From positions 4,576,001 through 4,640,000 of the forward strand of contig OZ240248.1 in the NCBI GenBank assembly GCA_965198235.1: a stretch of DNA of 64,000 nucleotides, given 5' to 3'. Shown piece after piece: positions 19,567-30,274 of the stretch. Position numbers and translations under genes: made by a program. A model generated the notes under the pieces. It searched no databases. It was not told the DNA's origin and saw only the letters and a program-made list of their open reading frames with translations. Within the stretch, counting starts at the first letter, position 1. Each line of letters begins with the position of its first letter. The DNA comes from Candidatus Poribacteria bacterium (GTDB lineage Bacteria > Poribacteria > WGA-4E > WGA-3G).

Positions 19567-20805
19567 CTAATCTGAGAATTTGCGGATGGCGATTGAGGTA
19601 TTGTGTCCACCGAAACCGAATGCGTTAGAGAGTGCGACCTCAATCGTCGCATCTCGACTTTCGTTTGGGACATAGTCCAAGTCGCAAGCTTCGTCCGGCA
19701 TATCGGAGTTGATAGTCGGTGGCAGGAAGCCTTTTTCCATCCCGCCTAAGCAGGCAATGAGTTCTACGGCTCCAGCCGCGCCGAGCAAATGGCCGATCAT
19801 GGATTTGGTGGAGCTGACAGGAATTTTGTACGCATGTTCGCCGAAGAGAGTTTTAATGGCGTTCGTTTCGGCGACATCGCCAATCGGTGTCGAGGTGCCG
19901 TGGGCACTGATATAGTCGATGGCATCCAGCGGCAATTCCGCATCTCGGAGTGCAAATTCCATCGCTTTCACTGCTCCCTCACCGTTTTCGGGCGGGCTTA
20001 CCATATCGTGTGCATCTGAGGTCATTCCGTAGCCGACTATTTCCCCATAGATATAGGCACCGCGCTTTTTAGCGTGTGATAGCGATTCGAGAATTAACAC
20101 ACCTGCACCGTCTCCCATGACAAAGCCGTCCCGGTCCTTAGTAAACGGGCGCGAGGCGCGTTCAGGTTCATGATTTCGCGCGGACATAGCGCGCATTGAA
20201 CAGAACCCAGCGAAAGCTAAGGGCGTAATCGCCGATTCCGTACCACCCGTAAACATCACATCTGCATCGCCGCGTTGAATGATACGAAACGAGTCCCCCA
20301 TAGAATGGTTTGCGCTCGCACACGCGGTGACGGACGTGGAATTGGGGCCTTTGAGGTTAAAACGGATTGAAATCTGCCCTGCCGCCATGTTAATAATCAT
20401 GTGCGGTACAAGGAATGGACTGACGCGTTTAGCACCCTTTTCAGCAAGGATTTTTGCGTTGTCTTCAAGGACACCGATGCCACCGATTCCAGAACCCATT
20501 TGGACCCCTGCCCGGTAAGCATCAACTTTATCGAGTTCCAAACCTGAATCTTCATGCGCCATAATTGAGGCGGCAAGCGCGTACTGAATGAACAGCGGTA
20601 GCCTGGACGCAGCCCGTCTGTCCATATACTGTTCCGCTTGGAAATTCTTAACCTCTCCGGCGATTTGGGTGCGATGCTCAGAGGCATCAAAATAGGTTAA
20701 AGGTCCGATTCCGTTTTTACCGATAGCAAGCGCATCCCAATATTCTTCTTTCGTATTGCCAATTGCATTGACAACACCGATTCCTGTAATAACTACACGC
20801 TCCAC
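19567..20805 (-). CDS. fabF: 3-oxoacyl-ACP synthase II
   Basis: [23 protein letters not shown] and NAFGFGGHN motifs. Confidence 0.97.
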   Translation of the reverse strand: MERVVITGIGVVNAIGNTKEEYWDALAIGKNGIGPLTYFDASEHRTQIAGEVKNFQAEQYMDRRAASRLPLFIQYALAASIMAHEDSGLELDKVDAYRAGVQMGSGIGGIGVLEDNAKILAEKGAKRVSPFLVPHMIINMAAGQISIRFNLKGPNSTSVTACASANHSMGDSFRIIQRGDADVMFTGGTESAITPLAFAGFCSMRAMSARNHEPERASRPFTKDRDGFVMGDGAGVLILESLSHAKKRGAYIYGEIVGYGMTSDAHDMVSPPENGEGAVKAMEFALRDAELPLDAIDYISAHGTSTPIGDVAETNAIKTLFGEHAYKIPVSSTKSMIGHLLGAAGAVELIACLGGMEKGFLPPTINSDMPDEACDLDYVPNESRDATIEVALSNAFGFGGHNTSIAIRKFSD

Positions 20806-20835
20806 GAGACCGATCCTTTTTTATTGAAGTTGCAG

Positions 20836-20863
20836 GCGCGCTTGGTAAAACTACCAAGCGCGC
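20836..20863. other. Perfect 12-bp hairpin between acpP and fabF
   Basis: GCGCGCTTGGTA-AAAC-TACCAAGCGCGC. Confidence 0.6.
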
Positions 20864-20917
20864 ACTAAAGAGGGTTGATAGCATTTCGCCATGCACCCTC
20901 CAACGATATACCTTAAC

Positions 20918-21151
20918 CTACACGTGTTCGTCTAGGTAACTCAGGGCATCTTGAACAGTCTGGATTTTCTCCGCATCACTGTCTGGAATTTCGATATCGA
21001 ATTCCTCTTCAAGTGCCATGACCAGTTCAACGGTATCAAGTGAATCAGCTCCCAGGTCTTCCATAAAAGAGGCATCTGGGGTGACATTATCTTCTTCAAC
21101 ACCGAGTTGTTTCGCAATAATTTCGATGAGGCGTTCTTGGTTTGTTGCCAT
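20918..21151 (-). CDS. acpP: Acyl carrier protein
   Basis: [20 protein letters not shown]. Confidence 0.98.
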   Translation of the reverse strand: MATNQERLIEIIAKQLGVEEDNVTPDASFMEDLGADSLDTVELVMALEEEFDIEIPDSDAEKIQTVQDALSYLDEHV

Positions 21152-21388
21152 AAGTGTTTCTCTGATCTCCTATAAAATGTTTGTCCGCAAAATCGGTGTT
21201 GCGGCTAAAAATTTGTTCTTGTCTTATAGTACAATTAGTGCCTCGACTAACTCTATAATCCGGGTTTACAAAGAACCTCTATATCAAGGCATCGGTACAG
21301 TTATGGGCATTGTGAACAGTGCCCTATGGGCGAGTCAACTCGCCGCCCTTTTTATTCGTGCCCTTGGAAAACGCCAAGTGCACTTGAG

Positions 21389-22165
21389 TTACATCACCAT
21401 GCCACCGTCAACCTGAAGTGTTTGACCAGTGATATAGCGCGCAGCATCTGATGCTAAAAAACAGACAGCGTCTGCCACATCCTCTGGATGCCCAAACTCC
21501 CGTAGTGGGATCAATTCAAGCAGTTGTTTCTGATTCTCTTCCGATATTTGTGCCGTCATATCTGTCGTGATAAAGCCAGGGGCGATAGCGTTTACAGTGA
21601 TACCGCGGGAACCGACCTCTTTCGCGGTAGCCTTTGTCAAACCGATAATGCCAGCTTTCGCGGCGGCATAACTCGCTTGTCCTGCGTTTCCTATAAGTCC
21701 AATAACTGATGAAATGTTGATGATTCGTCCACTTTTCTGACGTATCATGGGACGGAGGACTGCACGGGTGCAGTACATCGTACCGGTCAAATTTGTCTGT
21801 AAAACGGCGTCCCAGTCCTCATCTTTGAGGCGCATGAGCAACATATCACGGGTGATCCCGGCATTGTTCACGAGAATGTCGATTTGTGAAAATTGCGAAA
21901 TCGTCTTTTCGATAAGAGTTTCAATATCCGTCTTTTGAGAGATGTCAGCAGCCATTGAGAGTACGGTATAGCCTTTTCCCCGCAACGTATCAGCGATCTG
22001 TCCGACTGCCTCGGCGGAACGAGAGCAAAGAACGACATTGGCACCGGCTTCACAGAGTCTGTGTGCGATCGCTGCACCAATACCACGCGACGCGCCTGTA
22101 ACGATTGCCGTTTTGCCACTCAGCAGATCTGCTCGAAGGGCACTTTGCCCCGTTGTCCCACTCAT
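21389..22165 (-). CDS. fabG: 3-oxoacyl-ACP reductase
   Basis: TGASRGIG, NNAGITRD and YAAAK motifs; fab cluster context. Confidence 0.95.
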   Translation of the reverse strand: MSGTTGQSALRADLLSGKTAIVTGASRGIGAAIAHRLCEAGANVVLCSRSAEAVGQIADTLRGKGYTVLSMAADISQKTDIETLIEKTISQFSQIDILVNNAGITRDMLLMRLKDEDWDAVLQTNLTGTMYCTRAVLRPMIRQKSGRIINISSVIGLIGNAGQASYAAAKAGIIGLTKATAKEVGSRGITVNAIAPGFITTDMTAQISEENQKQLLELIPLREFGHPEDVADAVCFLASDAARYITGQTLQVDGGMVM

Positions 22166-22168
22166 TTT

Positions 22169-23107
22169 TTATCCACCATTTCCGTGTTCATCTGTCACAA
22201 GAGATAGCGTCTCAACATCTTCAACGTTCGTGACACGACTCTCTGGCAGGGTCCGTTTCACTAAACCGGACAAAACTTTTCCCGGGCCGACCTCTACAAA
22301 ATGGGTGATACCGGTTTTTTCAATAGTCCGTAGTGTTTTTTCCCATTGGACAGGTCGTGTTATCTGTTGAAATAGGAGATGCCTGATATGATCTGCATCC
22401 GTAGCGAACTCACCCGTTACGTTCATCGCAATCTCGACTTGCGGCGGCTGCATCGCCACCGATTCGAGTGGGGATGCGAACTTCTGTTGTGCGGGTGCCA
22501 TCAGTGGCGAGTGGAACGCACCACTTACTGGCAACGGACGACACCGTCTCGCACCAATTTCAGCTTTAGCAAGTTCAAGGACGTAGTTAACCGCATCAAT
22601 TTCTCCAGAGATTACCAGTTGTCCGGGGCAGTTGTAATTGGCGATGTTCACAACACCGTCAGCCGTGTCACAAAGTTCTTGCAGCTGCTCGGTTTCCATC
22701 CCGAGAATTGCCGCCATTGCGCCCTGTTGCATTTTCCCTGCATCCGCCATGAAACTCGCTCGTGCGTGTACCAAGTTCAGTGCATCTGCGAAGTCGATCA
22801 CCCCTGCCGCCACGAGTGCGGAATACTCTCCCAAACTGTGTCCGGCGACCGCGCTCGGCACCACACCGCATTCCTTTAGGACTTGCAACGCTGCTACGCT
22901 ACAGGTTAAAATCGCCAGTTGTGTGTTTTCAGTCTGCTTTAAGTCTGCTGACGGTCCCTCGAAACAGAGCTGCCGCAATTCTCGTCCGAGGACTGTATCT
23001 GCCTCCTGAAAAACGGCATCGGCGGCTGGATAAGTCTGTGCCAGTTCTGCTCCCATGCCTACCTGTTGTGAACCTTGTCCTGGAAAAATGAATGCCAGTT
23101 GTGTCAT
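22169..23107 (-). CDS. fabD: Malonyl-CoA:ACP transacylase
   Basis: FPGQGSQ, GHSLGEY and SGAFHS motifs; start taken at MTQLAF. Confidence 0.96.
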   Translation of the reverse strand: MTQLAFIFPGQGSQQVGMGAELAQTYPAADAVFQEADTVLGRELRQLCFEGPSADLKQTENTQLAILTCSVAALQVLKECGVVPSAVAGHSLGEYSALVAAGVIDFADALNLVHARASFMADAGKMQQGAMAAILGMETEQLQELCDTADGVVNIANYNCPGQLVISGEIDAVNYVLELAKAEIGARRCRPLPVSGAFHSPLMAPAQQKFASPLESVAMQPPQVEIAMNVTGEFATDADHIRHLLFQQITRPVQWEKTLRTIEKTGITHFVEVGPGKVLSGLVKRTLPESRVTNVEDVETLSLVTDEHGNGG

Positions 23108-23143
23108 TTTCTTCTGAAGTGTAGCACAGTGTTGGGTGCTCAA

Positions 23144-24139
23144 CTATAATCGTAGGAGCGTGCTTCCCCATGTCAAGCCTGCGCCAAAAGTCACAAACAG
23201 AAGTAGATCGCCTGGCTTTGCGCGGCCCTCGCGAATCGCCTCATCTAACGCGATGATTACCGTTGCTGCGGAGGTATTACCGTATTTATCGACGTTAATA
23301 TAGACCTTCTCTCGCGGCATGCCGAGTCTATCACCGACTGCCTCAATGATGCGTAGGTTGGCTTGATGTGGGATTAACAGATCAATCTCATCAACGCTGA
23401 CGTTTGCCTGACGTAGCACACGGTGAGCAGCTTCCGGCATAAGGCGGACACCCAATTTGAAAACTTCTCGCCCATTCATCTGAAGTTTGTCTAACTTCTG
23501 GTCGATTGCCTCTTGAGTGATCGGCATCCTGGAGCCACCTGCGGGAATACCGAGGAGATCAATATCAGCGTAATCTCCATCAGACCCGATATAAGATGCG
23601 AGGATGCCTTTTGGTTCATCTGTGGCTTGGACAACGGCGGCACCTGCACCATCTCCAAAGAGGACACATGTATTTCTATCGTTCCAATCAACGATATTGT
23701 TAAAAATTTCGCCACCGATGACAAGAATAGTGTTGTATCGTCCAGATCTGATCATTCCATCAGCTAAATCCAGTCCGTAAAGGAAGCCGGCACACGCAGC
23801 GGATAGATCCATTGCGGCGGCGTTCTTTGCACCGATACCTTTCTGAACATAGCACGCTGTTGAGGGAAAAAACCTATCGGGCGTCACGGTAGCGACGAGA
23901 ATCATCTCAATATCAAGTGGATCAATGTGCGCGTTTTTGATAGCCCACCGTGCAGCATGTATACAAAGATCAGAGGTTGCTACATCGTCTTCAGCGATGC
24001 GCCGCTCAGCGATCCCGGTTCGTTGGCGAATCCATTCGTCGCTTGTATTGACCAGTTTCTCAAGGTCAAAATTGGTGACAACCCGGTCGGGGAGGTAGGA
24101 CCCTGTCCCTGTAATGGTTGCATGTCGAAGTTGCGTCAT
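23144..24139 (-). CDS. fabH: 3-oxoacyl-ACP synthase III
   Basis: AACAGF, PHQAN, GNTSAA and FGAGLTWG motifs. Confidence 0.97.
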   Translation of the reverse strand: MTQLRHATITGTGSYLPDRVVTNFDLEKLVNTSDEWIRQRTGIAERRIAEDDVATSDLCIHAARWAIKNAHIDPLDIEMILVATVTPDRFFPSTACYVQKGIGAKNAAAMDLSAACAGFLYGLDLADGMIRSGRYNTILVIGGEIFNNIVDWNDRNTCVLFGDGAGAAVVQATDEPKGILASYIGSDGDYADIDLLGIPAGGSRMPITQEAIDQKLDKLQMNGREVFKLGVRLMPEAAHRVLRQANVSVDEIDLLIPHQANLRIIEAVGDRLGMPREKVYINVDKYGNTSAATVIIALDEAIREGRAKPGDLLLFVTFGAGLTWGSTLLRL

Positions 24140-24259
24140 TATGTTTCTCTTAAAGTTTTTGGCGTTCTAAGGCACCGTTGCAGGTTTCCTATATTGAAAT
24201 GGACGTGCCAAAACTTGCTGTAAAAAATCTACGCTCGTTGGTTTCTAACGAGCCTTTAT

Positions 24260-24445
24260 CTACGCTTCGTCCGCAGATTTTAATACGGGCCGTCCATTGT
24301 AATGCCCACATTCGGAACAGACTCGGTGAGAAATAATCGTCTCCCCGCAGTATGAACAGACACTTGTGGCTTTGTCGTGGAGCGCGTTATGGCTCCGCCG
24401 CATTCTTTTTTTTGATTTTGACGTTCTCCGTTTTGGATGCGCCAT
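24260..24445 (-). CDS. rpmF: 50S ribosomal protein L32 (Zn-binding type)
   Basis: MAHPKRRTSKSKKRMRRSH; CSYC and CSEC. Confidence 0.96.
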   Translation of the reverse strand: MAHPKRRTSKSKKRMRRSHNALHDKATSVCSYCGETIISHRVCSECGHYNGRPVLKSADEA

Positions 24446-24505
24446 GGGTTGTCTCCTTTGTCTTACAAAATCACGATTCGCGAACCATACTTACAATTTA
24501 AGTAT

Positions 24506-25093
24506 TTATTCTGATTTCAACTGTTTTCCAGTATTTTTGAGAGAACCGACTTCGGAAAACGCGCTTGCAAGCTGCGCGCTAAGGGAGTTAGAGGCGTGAA
24601 CTGATGTCTCATCGGTGATTTCACAGGAGCATTCTGTGGTGTTGAGATCCGTTCCACATTCTGGACATAAACCTTTGCATGTTTCGGAACAGAGTGACCA
24701 TGCCGGTATTTCAAGAACGAATGCCCGCCGTACATCTTCTGAAATATCTAAAGTTTCTCCGTCATAGCATCGTTCATCATCTGCATCGGATTCCGACGAT
24801 TCATTACCGATAGAGAATAGCAAGCCAAGTGTTGTTGTTATGTCCACCTCAAACGGGTTGATACAGCGTCGACACTCCACCGAAATAGTCGTATCGACAT
24901 CGGCTGTCACATAGATATTGTCACCACCTTGGCGAAAGAGACCGACTCTGCATGACAATGGCTTAATAAATTTTGCCTCCTCGTAAGTCAAACCGAGGGG
25001 CTCAGACGGCACAAGTGCTTCGTATTCTTTGAAGTCCTCGTGTCGAAGGTCTTTCACGTTGAACACTAAAGTATCGCTTATGCCTTCCTTCAT
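24506..25093 (-). CDS. yceD: DUF177/YceD family protein
   Basis: ECRRC and LCSETCKGLCPECG motifs; directly upstream of rpmF. Confidence 0.85.
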   Translation of the reverse strand: MKEGISDTLVFNVKDLRHEDFKEYEALVPSEPLGLTYEEAKFIKPLSCRVGLFRQGGDNIYVTADVDTTISVECRRCINPFEVDITTTLGLLFSIGNESSESDADDERCYDGETLDISEDVRRAFVLEIPAWSLCSETCKGLCPECGTDLNTTECSCEITDETSVHASNSLSAQLASAFSEVGSLKNTGKQLKSE

Positions 25094-25213
25094 ATTCAAT
25101 TTTACCTCAAGAGCCTATTAGACACTTTCTTCAAATTTACCTTGCCGTGATGGCCAAACACCGAGGGTGAGTGGGACGCATCTCCGGTTCTACATTCTAA
25201 ATCTCGGCAGAAC

Positions 25214-26536
25214 TTAAAAATCGACTTCTTCTTCGATTCTAATAAGTTGTGCTTCGTCTTTTACATCTTCGAGTGTGTAAATCTGCGCGAGCGCGGCTTT
25301 CATGTTTTTTTCTTGTGCTTTGTGCGTCAACATCACCAACGATACTGTCTCCATGCCGTGCGGATCCTTTTGGATGACAGACGCGATGCTAATCTGCCAG
25401 TTCCCCAGAATAGTTCCGATTTTCGCCAGAACGCCGGGTCGGTCGGCAACCACAAAACGGATGTAATACCGCGTCTCAATATCATCAATAGGACATATGC
25501 CGACTTCCGCCTGTGCCCCTGCGAGCCATGCTTGTGAAATCGGGGTGCTTATGCCTTGTTGCACAGATTTCGCGGCATCAATGATGTCAGCGACAACAGC
25601 ACTCGCCGTTGGCATCTCACCAGCACCCTGTCCATAAAAGAGGGTCGGACCGACTGCATCACCGATCACACAAACAGCGTTGAATGCACCACCGACGTTC
25701 GCTAACAAACTCCGCTCTGGCACGAGTGTCGGATGTACACGCGCCTCCACACGATTTCCGTCGGTTAGTTTCGCGATTGCGAGCAGCTTAATGACGTAAC
25801 CGAGTTCGCGAGCGTATTGAATCTCTTTTTGGGTGATACCTGTAATACCTTCAACATGGAATTGCGATAGTGAGATATTGCTCCGATAGGCGAGGGCGAT
25901 CAGGAGAATGAGTTTTTGTGCAGCATCAATTCCTTCAACGTCAAGCGTTGGGTCGGCTTCGGCGTACCCCTTGTCCTGCGCGACTTTGAGCACATCTGAA
26001 AAGTCTACAGCGCGCTCGTGCATTTCGGTCAAAATGTAGTTACACGTACCGTTCACAATACCATAAAGGGAGTGGATCTGGTTGCCAGCGAAACTTTCTT
26101 GTAGGGTTTTAATGATCGGAATACCACCCGCCGTGCTTGCCTCGAAGTTGAGACTCACTTGGTGTTCTGAAGCCAGTTGGAACAACTCGCCACCATGTTC
26201 GGCAAGAAGGGCTTTGTTTGCTGTGACGACGTGTTTACCATTTTGGAGTGCGCGTCTAATGACGGAGTGTGCTGTTGTGACACCGCCGATAAGTTCAACA
26301 ACAATATCGATATCTGGATTGTCAACGACTTCTGCGGGGTCCGTTGTTAAACAATCCATAGGAAGCTCAACACCTTGCCGCGTCGCGGGTAACGTCCGTT
26401 TTACTATTTTTTTTAGGCACAATTCCGTGCCACTATTTTTGGCAATGAGGGAATTCTGATTCATCAGGATTTTGGAAACGCCAGTGCCGACAGTACCCCA
26501 TCCTAAAATGCCAACATTAATACACGACTTGTCCAC
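25214..26536 (-). CDS. hom: Homoserine dehydrogenase with C-terminal ACT domain
   Basis: [33 protein letters not shown] and DRPGVLA motifs. Confidence 0.96.
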   Translation of the reverse strand: MDKSCINVGILGWGTVGTGVSKILMNQNSLIAKNSGTELCLKKIVKRTLPATRQGVELPMDCLTTDPAEVVDNPDIDIVVELIGGVTTAHSVIRRALQNGKHVVTANKALLAEHGGELFQLASEHQVSLNFEASTAGGIPIIKTLQESFAGNQIHSLYGIVNGTCNYILTEMHERAVDFSDVLKVAQDKGYAEADPTLDVEGIDAAQKLILLIALAYRSNISLSQFHVEGITGITQKEIQYARELGYVIKLLAIAKLTDGNRVEARVHPTLVPERSLLANVGGAFNAVCVIGDAVGPTLFYGQGAGEMPTASAVVADIIDAAKSVQQGISTPISQAWLAGAQAEVGICPIDDIETRYYIRFVVADRPGVLAKIGTILGNWQISIASVIQKDPHGMETVSLVMLTHKAQEKNMKAALAQIYTLEDVKDEAQLIRIEEEVDF

Positions 26537-26616
26537 TACTGCAACCCCCTCCTTTCTTTACTATTTATCGCGCGGCTTGTATACACCACTTACAAGACGA
26601 TATTACATATCAGAGA

Positions 26617-26690
26617 TCGGGGCGACTGGATTCGAACCAGCGACCTCTTGAACCCCATTCAAGCGCGCTTCCGGGCTGCGCCACGCCCCG
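26617..26690 (-). tRNA. tRNA-Pro(GGG), CCA not encoded
   Basis: CGGGGCGTGGCGCAGCCCGGAAGCGCGCTTGAATGGGGTTCAAGAGGTCGCTGGTTCGAATCCAGTCGCCCCGA folds as a cloverleaf with anticodon GGG. Confidence 0.96.
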
Positions 26691-26783
26691 TTAACAGAAT
26701 CAATTTCCTTTTAATTGTATCACAAGTCATCGTGTAATGTCAAGTGATAGACCCAAGTCTAAAGACTTGGGCTTCTGCAATCA

Positions 26784-27998
26784 TTAAGCAGAAGCATTTG
26801 TGGAATTCAGAATCGGATGGTTAGATTCAACGGAGCCGCCTACGATCTTGTTAAACAAAACAATAGGTCTTACAACTCCTAACCCAAAGGAAGCTATCCC
26901 TTCCTTAAGAATGTTCATAGCAGCGTTCTCGTCGCGGTCCAGGTGTGTATGACAACTTGGACACGTCCAGTGACGATCTGATAGCGTGAGATTTTCATTT
27001 TTATCTCCACACACACAACAGCACTTTGTGGTGGGAGACCACCGATTGATTTTCAGCACAGAGCGGATACGCTTGTGACTCTGGTGTTTGAGTTTCTGAT
27101 AGAACTCACCAAAACCAAGGTCAGATACCTGTTTGCCAAAGAGTGCTTTCATGCCGCGAAGGTTCAAATCTTCAAAGAACAGGATGTCAAACTGACGACA
27201 AAGTTCTATCGCAAGTTTCCAATGGTGGTCTGCTCTCTGATTCGCAGTCTTCTTATGGATACGTGCAACGTTCTTGCGTTCGCGTTCGAGATTCTGAGAA
27301 CCTTTGACCTTGCGAGAATACGCCTTTTGTGCTGTCGCCAACTTTTCAGCATTCTGTTTGTAGAACATCGGAGAGATATATCTATGACCATCACTGCCGA
27401 TCAAGAAGTCTTTAATACCAAAATCAAACCCTTCAGCTTGACCCGTCTTGGGTTCAATTTTAATTTCGGTATAGTCTTCTGTCAGGGTGATATACATATC
27501 TCCGAGTGCGTCCCTCGTTACATGAACTTCAATGATGATGCCTTTGATTTCACGGTGCAGAGCAAACCGATACCAACGACCGTTGAGTCGGATTTTATAC
27601 GTCGGGTGGTTCCTCTCGTGTTTTTGCGCGTCCAGCACTTTTTCTATTTTGACCTGTTCACCGCGAAACGTCATCCCTTTGTGTTTCTGACAGGACTTGA
27701 ATTTCGGGTGACCTCTACCGAGCGTTTTTATTTCTTTGAAACTCTGGGTTTCCAGACGCTTGAGAACATTTTGCAACGCCCATGAGTAGGGAATATTCCA
27801 ATGCTGGTATTTTTCAAGACGCTTCAGTTTCGTCAAATGCTTCGACATTTTGGAATACGACACGCCTTTCCCATAGCGGCGGTAATATCGCATAGACAGC
27901 GCAAGGAAGTGATTCTTGACAACGCCAGAGATATTGCACTCGTCGTGCAGGTGACACAATGTCTTATCCTTGAAAAGTTTGTGTTTTGTGTTTCGCAT
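26784..27998 (-). CDS. tnpB: RNA-guided endonuclease TnpB with RuvC D-E-D intact
   Basis: GFDFGIKD, FFEDLN, CxxC...CPSC and DRDENAAMNI motifs. Confidence 0.93.
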   Translation of the reverse strand: MRNTKHKLFKDKTLCHLHDECNISGVVKNHFLALSMRYYRRYGKGVSYSKMSKHLTKLKRLEKYQHWNIPYSWALQNVLKRLETQSFKEIKTLGRGHPKFKSCQKHKGMTFRGEQVKIEKVLDAQKHERNHPTYKIRLNGRWYRFALHREIKGIIIEVHVTRDALGDMYITLTEDYTEIKIEPKTGQAEGFDFGIKDFLIGSDGHRYISPMFYKQNAEKLATAQKAYSRKVKGSQNLERERKNVARIHKKTANQRADHHWKLAIELCRQFDILFFEDLNLRGMKALFGKQVSDLGFGEFYQKLKHQSHKRIRSVLKINRWSPTTKCCCVCGDKNENLTLSDRHWTCPSCHTHLDRDENAAMNILKEGIASFGLGVVRPIVLFNKIVGGSVESNHPILNSTNASA

Positions 27999-28009
27999 GG
28001 TATCTCACA

Positions 28010-28090
28010 GATCACAGAGTTTTACCCCGTTCAAGTGGGTAGGCAGACACGTAACCTTGCGATTACGCTTGAACTGTCTGCCACTGTGAT
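28010..28090 (-). ncRNA. Candidate structured 5' leader RNA of tnpB, copy 1
   Basis: Near-identical to 60200-60278 with compensatory changes; lies between a consensus promoter and the tnpB start. Confidence 0.7.
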
Positions 28091-28097
28091 ACTCTTA

Positions 28098-28126
28098 ATT
28101 ATACCACATTTTTGGCTAAAAGTCAA
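28098..28126 (-). promoter_or_regulatory. tnpB promoter of element 1
   Basis: TTGACT-17 nt-TATAAT with extended -10 TG; conserved in element 3. Confidence 0.8.
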
Positions 28127-28218
28127 GTCTTTTTTCAACAGAGACCCACGGTCTCATTCACAAGGGACAGACTGTATCCCAAACCTAAAGGATTGGGTTT
28201 TAGTCTCGGAAGGTTAGA

Positions 28219-28965
28219 TAAAAGAGGGGAGATTCGTGTTGTGTGCCATCAGAACAGGTGAACATCGTTTTGATACCGAAATCATATCCTGCAGCTTTAC
28301 CCGTCTTGGGTATAATTTCGGTTGCGACGTGGTCTGTTGTGACAGACATATAGAAATCTCCAAGCGCATCTGCTTTGACAGTCACTCTCTTGATATTACC
28401 AAGTATCGGGCGAGACAAGTTGAAGCGATACTGTTTGTCCATGATCCGAACCTTATCGCCATAGATACCAAAACCTGATTCGCCTTCTTCAGGATCGGCA
28501 AACGTGAAACCTGACTGGCACATCGTGAACGAATACGGCTTCCGCCATGACCGAAACTTCGGCGGACGTTTGGCAAGTTTGTTAAAGAAACGCTGGTAGC
28601 CTTGGTCCAATCGTTTGAGGATTTCACGCGCAGACCACGTGTTCAGTTCTCGCCAGTGGGCAAACATTTCAGGATGCGAGTTCTTTAGCACGGTAAACTC
28701 ACGCGACATTTCACAAAAGGACATATACGGCAGTCCGAGAGAGTACCGGGTGCGTTGCCAACCGAGAAAATAGTTCCATATTGTGTGTGCTATCCACGTC
28801 TTACGTCTCAAATTACGCAGACGGGGCGTTATTTTCTATAACGCAGGTTTTTATGTTCGCCTACTCTTAAGAAGAGTATCATATCAGATTTTCCAAATCG
28901 TGTCAAGGATTTTTTGACCTTGCACGAAACACGTGGGTTGGACCCAAACCTAAAGGAGTGGGATT
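28219..28965 (-). pseudogene. tnpB: 3'-truncated tnpB with its left end (element 2)
   Basis: The ORF reaches RuvC-I GYDFGIKT and is cut at PLFY by the element 1 left end; left-end hairpin CCCAAACC-TAAA-GGAGTGGG at ~28943-28962; RuvC-II/III and right end absent. Confidence 0.8.
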
Positions 28966-28966
28966 G

Positions 28967-29758
28967 TTAGTGAGTCTTCAGATTTCTGAGACTGATGCCT
29001 AAACTTTCAAACGGATCGCGTTCGTAGCAGGTGTCCTGTTCGATAATATACCACTCAACCTCTGCGTAGATACAAGCGTTCAGAATCGCTGTCCAATTAA
29101 GGTTGCCTTCACCGATTTCTGCGAAGCGTTGTGTAGAGCCTTGCATCGCCATATCCTTGAGATGGATGATGTCGGCGCGTCCTTTTAACTGGCGAATCCA
29201 CGCGGCTGGGTCGCCACCACCGTGCTGAATCCAGTAGGTATCCAGTTCACTCTTGAAGTAATTCGGATCGCTTTCCGCATACAAGATCTCTAACCCAGTA
29301 CGTCCGTTATAGCGTTCCAATTCGAAACTATGGTTATGATAGGAGAAAGTCAAGCCTCCTTCAGCAAGGCGCGCCGCGACTTCCGATGCCTCCCTCGCAA
29401 ATCTGGCATACCCTTCAGCAGTCCGGTATTCACTGGGAAGTCCACCGATTGCGGCATGCTTGCATCCCCACAATTGATGTTCGTCAATAACAGATTGTGG
29501 TTCGTCACGCATCCGTTCGTAACTTGTATGTGTCGCAATGATGCTGATGCCTTCACCGTCAGCAATGTTTTTCAATGCGGCGGGTTCAATTGGACCCAGT
29601 GCGGAACATTGCACCGCCTCATATCCGAGTTGCCGAACCTTTTTCATCGTTTCGGCGATATCAGTTTCGGTTTTGGTAAATTCCCGAACAGTATAAAGCT
29701 GCGCGGCGATTTGCTGCGCTGACAGTGATGAATGTCCTTGGGCGTTTTGTGTTGCCAT
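28967..29758 (-). CDS. Sugar phosphate isomerase/epimerase (xylose-isomerase-like TIM barrel)
   Basis: QLYTVR, YHNHSFE, ELDTYW, HLKD, IGEGNL and IEQD motifs; AAGGAG RBS. Confidence 0.88.
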   Translation of the reverse strand: MATQNAQGHSSLSAQQIAAQLYTVREFTKTETDIAETMKKVRQLGYEAVQCSALGPIEPAALKNIADGEGISIIATHTSYERMRDEPQSVIDEHQLWGCKHAAIGGLPSEYRTAEGYARFAREASEVAARLAEGGLTFSYHNHSFELERYNGRTGLEILYAESDPNYFKSELDTYWIQHGGGDPAAWIRQLKGRADIIHLKDMAMQGSTQRFAEIGEGNLNWTAILNACIYAEVEWYIIEQDTCYERDPFESLGISLRNLKTH

Positions 29759-29923
29759 AGTCACTCCTTTTATCTGGCATGTACGATTTGTTGGGTGATA
29801 GTATATCAAAAAAGAGCATAGCGGTCAACTTAATGTAAGGAGCAATTAGAAGGATTTCATAGCAACGCACGATGTTAGAAAATTGATTTGCACATAAAAA
29901 ACGGTTTTGGTAAACTTTTAAAT

Positions 29924-30274
29924 ATGATGAATTCTTTTTTCTTCGGCGGTAACAGACCAGGTTCCTTTCGACTTTTCCGCCTACTCCTTCATTTCCCAAA
30001 TTTCGTCAAACTGGCGTGGCGGTTGTTTGTCGATGAACGCGTCCCTATCTATCGGAAGGCGATTCTCATCCTTACCGAATTACTGGCAGTTGTCTTCGCT
30101 GTTGCCTACTTGGTAAATCCGCTTGATTTCGATTTTATCCCTATCTTTGGTAAGATCGACGATCTTCTCGTTGGGGCGTTCGTGATTCTGGTGCCCGGTG
30201 CTTGGCTATTTATTCGACTGTCTCCGGAACATATCGTTCGTGAACATGTAGAACGGATTTCACGTGGGGAATGA
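29924..30274 (+). CDS. DUF1232/YkvA family membrane protein
   Basis: DERVP...K, AYLVNPLDFDFIPIFGKIDD. Confidence 0.82.
   Translation: MMNSFFFGGNRPGSFRLFRLLLHFPNFVKLAWRLFVDERVPIYRKAILILTELLAVVFAVAYLVNPLDFDFIPIFGKIDDLLVGAFVILVPGAWLFIRLSPEHIVREHVERISRGE

Larger units (their letters stand above)
26744..28218 (-). mobile_element. tnpB-only IS200/IS605-family (IS1341-like) element 1
   Basis: Right end ...TGGGTCTATCAC with hairpin CCCAAGTC-TAAA-GACTTGGG; left-end hairpin CCCAAACC-TAAA-GGATTGGG; left end preceded by TTTAT on the minus strand; no tnpA. Confidence 0.8.

Noticed and set aside
24140-24259. No plsX between rpmF and fabH
   Set aside because: Common variation; the gene may lie elsewhere in the genome
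26744-28965. Catalytically dead TnpB regulator (TldR) or Cas12-like CRISPR system
   Set aside because: RuvC D-E-D is intact in the full-length copies, transposon ends are present and no array is nearby
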